Assembly: GCA_965237525.1 (NCBI GenBank)
Contig: CBDEFO010000008.1
Span: 864,001 to 928,000 of the forward strand
Source of the DNA: Candidatus Latescibacterota bacterium
Lineage (GTDB): Bacteria; Latescibacterota; CBDEFO01
Direction of reading: 5' to 3'
Length of the DNA: 64,000 bases
Both the position numbers and the translations under genes were made by a program. This document shows, piece by piece, positions 60,571-64,000 of this stretch. The notes beneath the pieces were generated by a model, which saw only the letters and a program-made list of their open reading frames with translations, did no database searches and was not told the origin of the DNA. The first letter of the stretch is position 1. The number at the start of each line of letters is the position of its first letter.

Positions 60571-63240
60571 TCAGGAAGTCAACGCCTCTAATTTCCTCGT
60601 GAGTTTCTCTAAATTGGTTCTGTACTCGTCCCTTTTTGCTCTTTCCCTCTCCACGACCTCTTTGGGAGCTTTCTCGACGAAGGAATTGTTCTCCAATTTC
60701 TTCTGTGAGCTTTGCAATAGGCCAGAAAGACGCCCAATCTCCTTTTCGAGCCGCGCTTTCTCCTTACCGACATCTATCCCTAAGGGCATAATGATCTCAA
60801 CATCCTCGAAGAACGCTGTGGCCGAAGAGGCGGGTATGACTGCTCCCTGCTCCAGAAAGTATATATCCTGTGCCGCTGTTGCTGTTAGTGATGCGATAAT
60901 GTTCTTGTTCATCTCAAGCACCGATCGACTTTGCTGTGAATCTGTCTTAAGCTGTACTGGAACCTTTGTAGAGGGCGGAACGTTCATCTCAGCTCTTCTA
61001 TTCCGTGCGGTCATCGTGACCCCCTGTATCTTACGCATCTGTCTTTCGGCGTCTTCATCGAAACATTCATCGTCAGGCTGTGGCCATTCGCTGAGCATAA
61101 TGGTCTTTGAATCTCCCCTTACGCGTTGAGGCAACATCTGCCATATCTCCTCTGTGATAAAGGGCATAAAGGGATGCAAAAGCCTCATAGATGTCTCCAA
61201 AACTCTCGCAAGTATCCTCTGAGCTGAAGTTCTGGCATTCGCATCATCGGAGTTATAAAGCCTCGGCTTGGATAGTTCGACGTACCAGTCGCAGTAATCG
61301 TGCCATATAAAGTCGTAGAGCGTCTGCGATGCTTCGTTGAATCTGAATCTTTCCAATGATGCGTTCACTTCCTTGATTGTTCTGTTGAGACGGCTCAGTA
61401 TCCATCTGTCTGATAGTTCAGATAGATCAGTCGTTGCACTCTCGGCGTCAAAGTCCTCAAGATTCATCGTGACAAACCGCGCGGCGTTCCATATCTTGTT
61501 TGTAAAGTTCCTGCCTATTTCGACCTTGTCGTTGGAAAAGAAGATGTCCTGCCCCTGAGCCTCCAAAAGGGTCATCGTAAACCTCAAAGCATCGGCTCCA
61601 TACTCGGCGATAACATCAGCAGGATCGGGCGAATTGCCGAGTGATTTGCTCATCTTTCTGCCCTTTTTGTCCTTGATCAAGCCCGTGAAATAGACCTCAT
61701 TGAAGGGACATTCCCCCCTAAACTCGTAGCCCGCCATCACCATCCTTGCGACCCAGAAGAAGATGATGTCCGGGGCAGTAACGAGCGTGTCTGTAGGGTA
61801 GAAATAGTCAAGCTCCGGCGTCTCTTCGGGCCATCCCAACGTGGAAAACGGCCAAAGCCAGGATGAAAACCAAGTGTCCAGGACGTCCTCGTCCTGTCTA
61901 AATGTGCCGTTTCCGCACTTGGAGCACTTTTTTGGCTCGGAGATCGAGACTACGAACTCATCGCATCCGTCGCAGTACCACACTGGGACCCTGTGTCCCC
62001 ACCAAAGCTGGCGCGAGATGCACCAATCCCGAATGTTTAAAAGCCAGTCCAGATATACCTTCGTCCAGCGTTGATGATATATCTTCAGTTTCCCTTCCCT
62101 AACAGCTTGAATGGCAGGTTCTGCCAACTCCTCCATCTTCACGAACCACTGCTCGGAAAGATATGGCTCGACTGTTGTGTCACACCTCTGGCAGTGGCCT
62201 ATAGAATGAACATGATTTTCTATCTTCGCTATCAGTCCACCCCTTTTCAGATCCTCAACTAAAGCCTTCCGGCACTCGAATCTATCCATCCCACTGTATC
62301 TTTCCCCCGCATTTTCGTTCATAGTCCCGTCCTTGTTCATCACGAGCACCTGCGGGAGATTGTGCCTACGTCCGATGTCGAAGTCGTTGGGGTCGTGAGC
62401 AGGCGTTACTTTGACCGCACCCGTGCCAAATTCGGGATCTACGAAGTCATCTGCCACCACCGGTAGCTCCCTCCCTACGGCAGGCAAAATAAGCGTCTTT
62501 CCGACTAGATCCTGATACCGTTCATCTTTAGGATTGACAGCCACTGCCGTATCCCCCAACATGGTCTCTGGCCTCGTGGTGGCGACCGTCACAAATCTTT
62601 CATCTTCTCCCTTGACCGGATACTTGATTGACCACAGATGTCCATTTTCCTCCTGATGTATAGATTCTTCGTCGGAAAGAGCTGTCTGGCACCTTGAACA
62701 CCAGTTGATTATGTATTCTCCTTTATAGATAAATCCCCTTTCGTAGAGCCTGACAAACGCCTCCAGAACAGACCTGTAATGGTCTTCATCCATTGTGAAT
62801 CGTTCTCTTGCCCAGTCGCAACTGCATCCAAGTCCCTTAAGCTGTCGGATGATCGTGCCACCGTACTTTTCATTCCACTTCCAGACGATCTCGAGGAACT
62901 TTTCCCTGCCGAGGTCGTATCGGGTCTTGCCTTCCTTCGCAAGTTCCTTTTCGACGACGTTGTGCGTGGCTATGCTGGCGTGATCGGTGCCTGGCATCCA
63001 CAGTGTCTCGAACCCCTGCATCCTCCGTCTTCTAATGAGAACGTCCTGGAGCGTGTTGTTGAGGACGTGCCCCATCGTAAGTATGCCCGTAATATTTGGA
63101 GGTGGGATAACTATCGTGTAGGGCTTCTTATCCCGATTCGGCTTTGCGTGGAAGAGTGAATTCTCTTCCCAATAGCGATACCATCTTTCTTCGACTGTCT
63201 TGGGATTGTATACTTTCTTCATAGTTTTCTGTGCCATCAT
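60571..63240 (-). CDS. valS: Valine-tRNA ligase
   Basis: PPPNITG.LTMGH, GTDHASIAT, ATTRPET, DWCISRQLWWGH, KMSKS, C-terminal coiled coil. Confidence 0.98.
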   Translation of the reverse strand: MMAQKTMKKVYNPKTVEERWYRYWEENSLFHAKPNRDKKPYTIVIPPPNITGILTMGHVLNNTLQDVLIRRRRMQGFETLWMPGTDHASIATHNVVEKELAKEGKTRYDLGREKFLEIVWKWNEKYGGTIIRQLKGLGCSCDWARERFTMDEDHYRSVLEAFVRLYERGFIYKGEYIINWCSRCQTALSDEESIHQEENGHLWSIKYPVKGEDERFVTVATTRPETMLGDTAVAVNPKDERYQDLVGKTLILPAVGRELPVVADDFVDPEFGTGAVKVTPAHDPNDFDIGRRHNLPQVLVMNKDGTMNENAGERYSGMDRFECRKALVEDLKRGGLIAKIENHVHSIGHCQRCDTTVEPYLSEQWFVKMEELAEPAIQAVREGKLKIYHQRWTKVYLDWLLNIRDWCISRQLWWGHRVPVWYCDGCDEFVVSISEPKKCSKCGNGTFRQDEDVLDTWFSSWLWPFSTLGWPEETPELDYFYPTDTLVTAPDIIFFWVARMVMAGYEFRGECPFNEVYFTGLIKDKKGRKMSKSLGNSPDPADVIAEYGADALRFTMTLLEAQGQDIFFSNDKVEIGRNFTNKIWNAARFVTMNLEDFDAESATTDLSELSDRWILSRLNRTIKEVNASLERFRFNEASQTLYDFIWHDYCDWYVELSKPRLYNSDDANARTSAQRILARVLETSMRLLHPFMPFITEEIWQMLPQRVRGDSKTIMLSEWPQPDDECFDEDAERQMRKIQGVTMTARNRRAEMNVPPSTKVPVQLKTDSQQSRSVLEMNKNIIASLTATAAQDIYFLEQGAVIPASSATAFFEDVEIIMPLGIDVGKEKARLEKEIGRLSGLLQSSQKKLENNSFVEKAPKEVVERERAKRDEYRTNLEKLTRKLEALTS

Positions 63241-63507
63241 TATCCCCTATAAGGAGTTAAAACACACTTTTACGATCCTACCACATCTTGGACAAAGATA
63301 CGCAGATAGCTGGCAAAAGTCAAGGAAAAGTAGGCGGCAAACAATAGACAGGGATGCCGGTTTCCCCCATCCACTACTTTCTTGACTTTCCTGTTGCGTT
63401 GTAATATTTTAAATAGTCTGACAGATATTTTAGCTCGTAAAACTTATGATGTGAGGGATAGCCGCGGATGGTTTCTGTGGAGGCTTACGGAGAGGGAGGC
63501 TCACGGA

Positions 63508-64000
63508 GTGGCTCTTTTGAAAATAATGCTCATTGCCATTGGATTTGTTTTCTTCTGTTCATTACTTCAGTTTTTGGCAAGTATTCATCCCCCGCGCTAC
63601 TACGATCACCGGAGGCCTTCAGATTACGGCTTAGAATACAAAAGCGTATCGTTTATGACATCTGATAAAATAAACATAAAAGGATGGCTTATTACTTCCG
63701 AAAGTGCCGTCGGAACTTTAATAATTGGGCATGGATATCCATTTGACAAAGGAAACATACTCCCTGTTGTAACGTTTCTATACCCCGATTATAATTTGCT
63801 CTTGTACGACCATCGCTATTTCGGTGAAAGCTCCGGATCAATAACTACGGTCGGAGCACGTGAAGTAGAGGATGTGAAAGCAGCTTTTAACTTTGTTATG
63901 GAAAGATTTGGTGAAGAAGAACCTATCGCTCTATATGGGTTTTCGCTCAGTGCATCGGTGATGTTGATGACCAAGTTGCAGGTTAAGGCTATTGTCGCTG
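63508..64000 (+). CDS. Alpha/beta hydrolase, membrane-anchored, runs off window end
   Basis: Open frame from GTG 63508: PSDYGLEY..IKGW..GHGY..YDHRYFGESSG..EVEDV..GFSLS. Confidence 0.8.
   Translation, partial: MALLKIMLIAIGFVFFCSLLQFLASIHPPRYYDHRRPSDYGLEYKSVSFMTSDKINIKGWLITSESAVGTLIIGHGYPFDKGNILPVVTFLYPDYNLLLYDHRYFGESSGSITTVGAREVEDVKAAFNFVMERFGEEEPIALYGFSLSASVMLMTKLQVKAIVA

Noticed and set aside
1..64000. tRNA, rRNA, prophage or integrase-type island
   Set aside because: No tRNA/rRNA-like sequence, phage structural gene or tyrosine/serine recombinase recognised

Overview
Chromosomal window from a bacterium that looks like a member of the FCB superphylum, possibly Candidatus Latescibacterota. 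This is an inference from the FlgD/T9SS-like C-terminal domains, dockerin-like and WGRIK tails, and porX-like gene next to tsaE. Housekeeping genes (TPP riboswitch-thiO-thiS, tsaE, serS, valS, a sensor kinase plus PorX-like REC-PglZ regulator) are interleaved with accessory DNA. That DNA includes three near-identical IS1182-family copies, two heavy-metal RND efflux operons each broken in a different subunit (cusC split by a 1304-bp IS with a CTAC duplication; czcA with one in-frame TAA), a TcmP + spore-photoproduct-lyase-like radical SAM pair, and a CsoR-controlled metal operon containing a WYL regulator. The most striking structure is at 43.2-59.3 kb. Four tandem paralogous secreted beta-helix genes (A-B-A'-B') precede a large surface scaffold gene built of 75-aa EYYIDxDPG repeats plus Ig-like, dockerin, cohesin-like and FlgD/CTD domains. 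An ~8.5-kb ColE1-like mobilisable plasmid (MobA/B/C/D, oriT, frameshifted RepA_C, XamI-type R-M, OLD-family ATPase-TOPRIM nuclease) sits inside that scaffold gene. It is joined through a 13-bp microhomology lying inside its own relaxase gene, which yields two in-frame relaxase/scaffold chimeras. Several lesions are single-base changes, so sequencing or assembly error must be excluded with reads.
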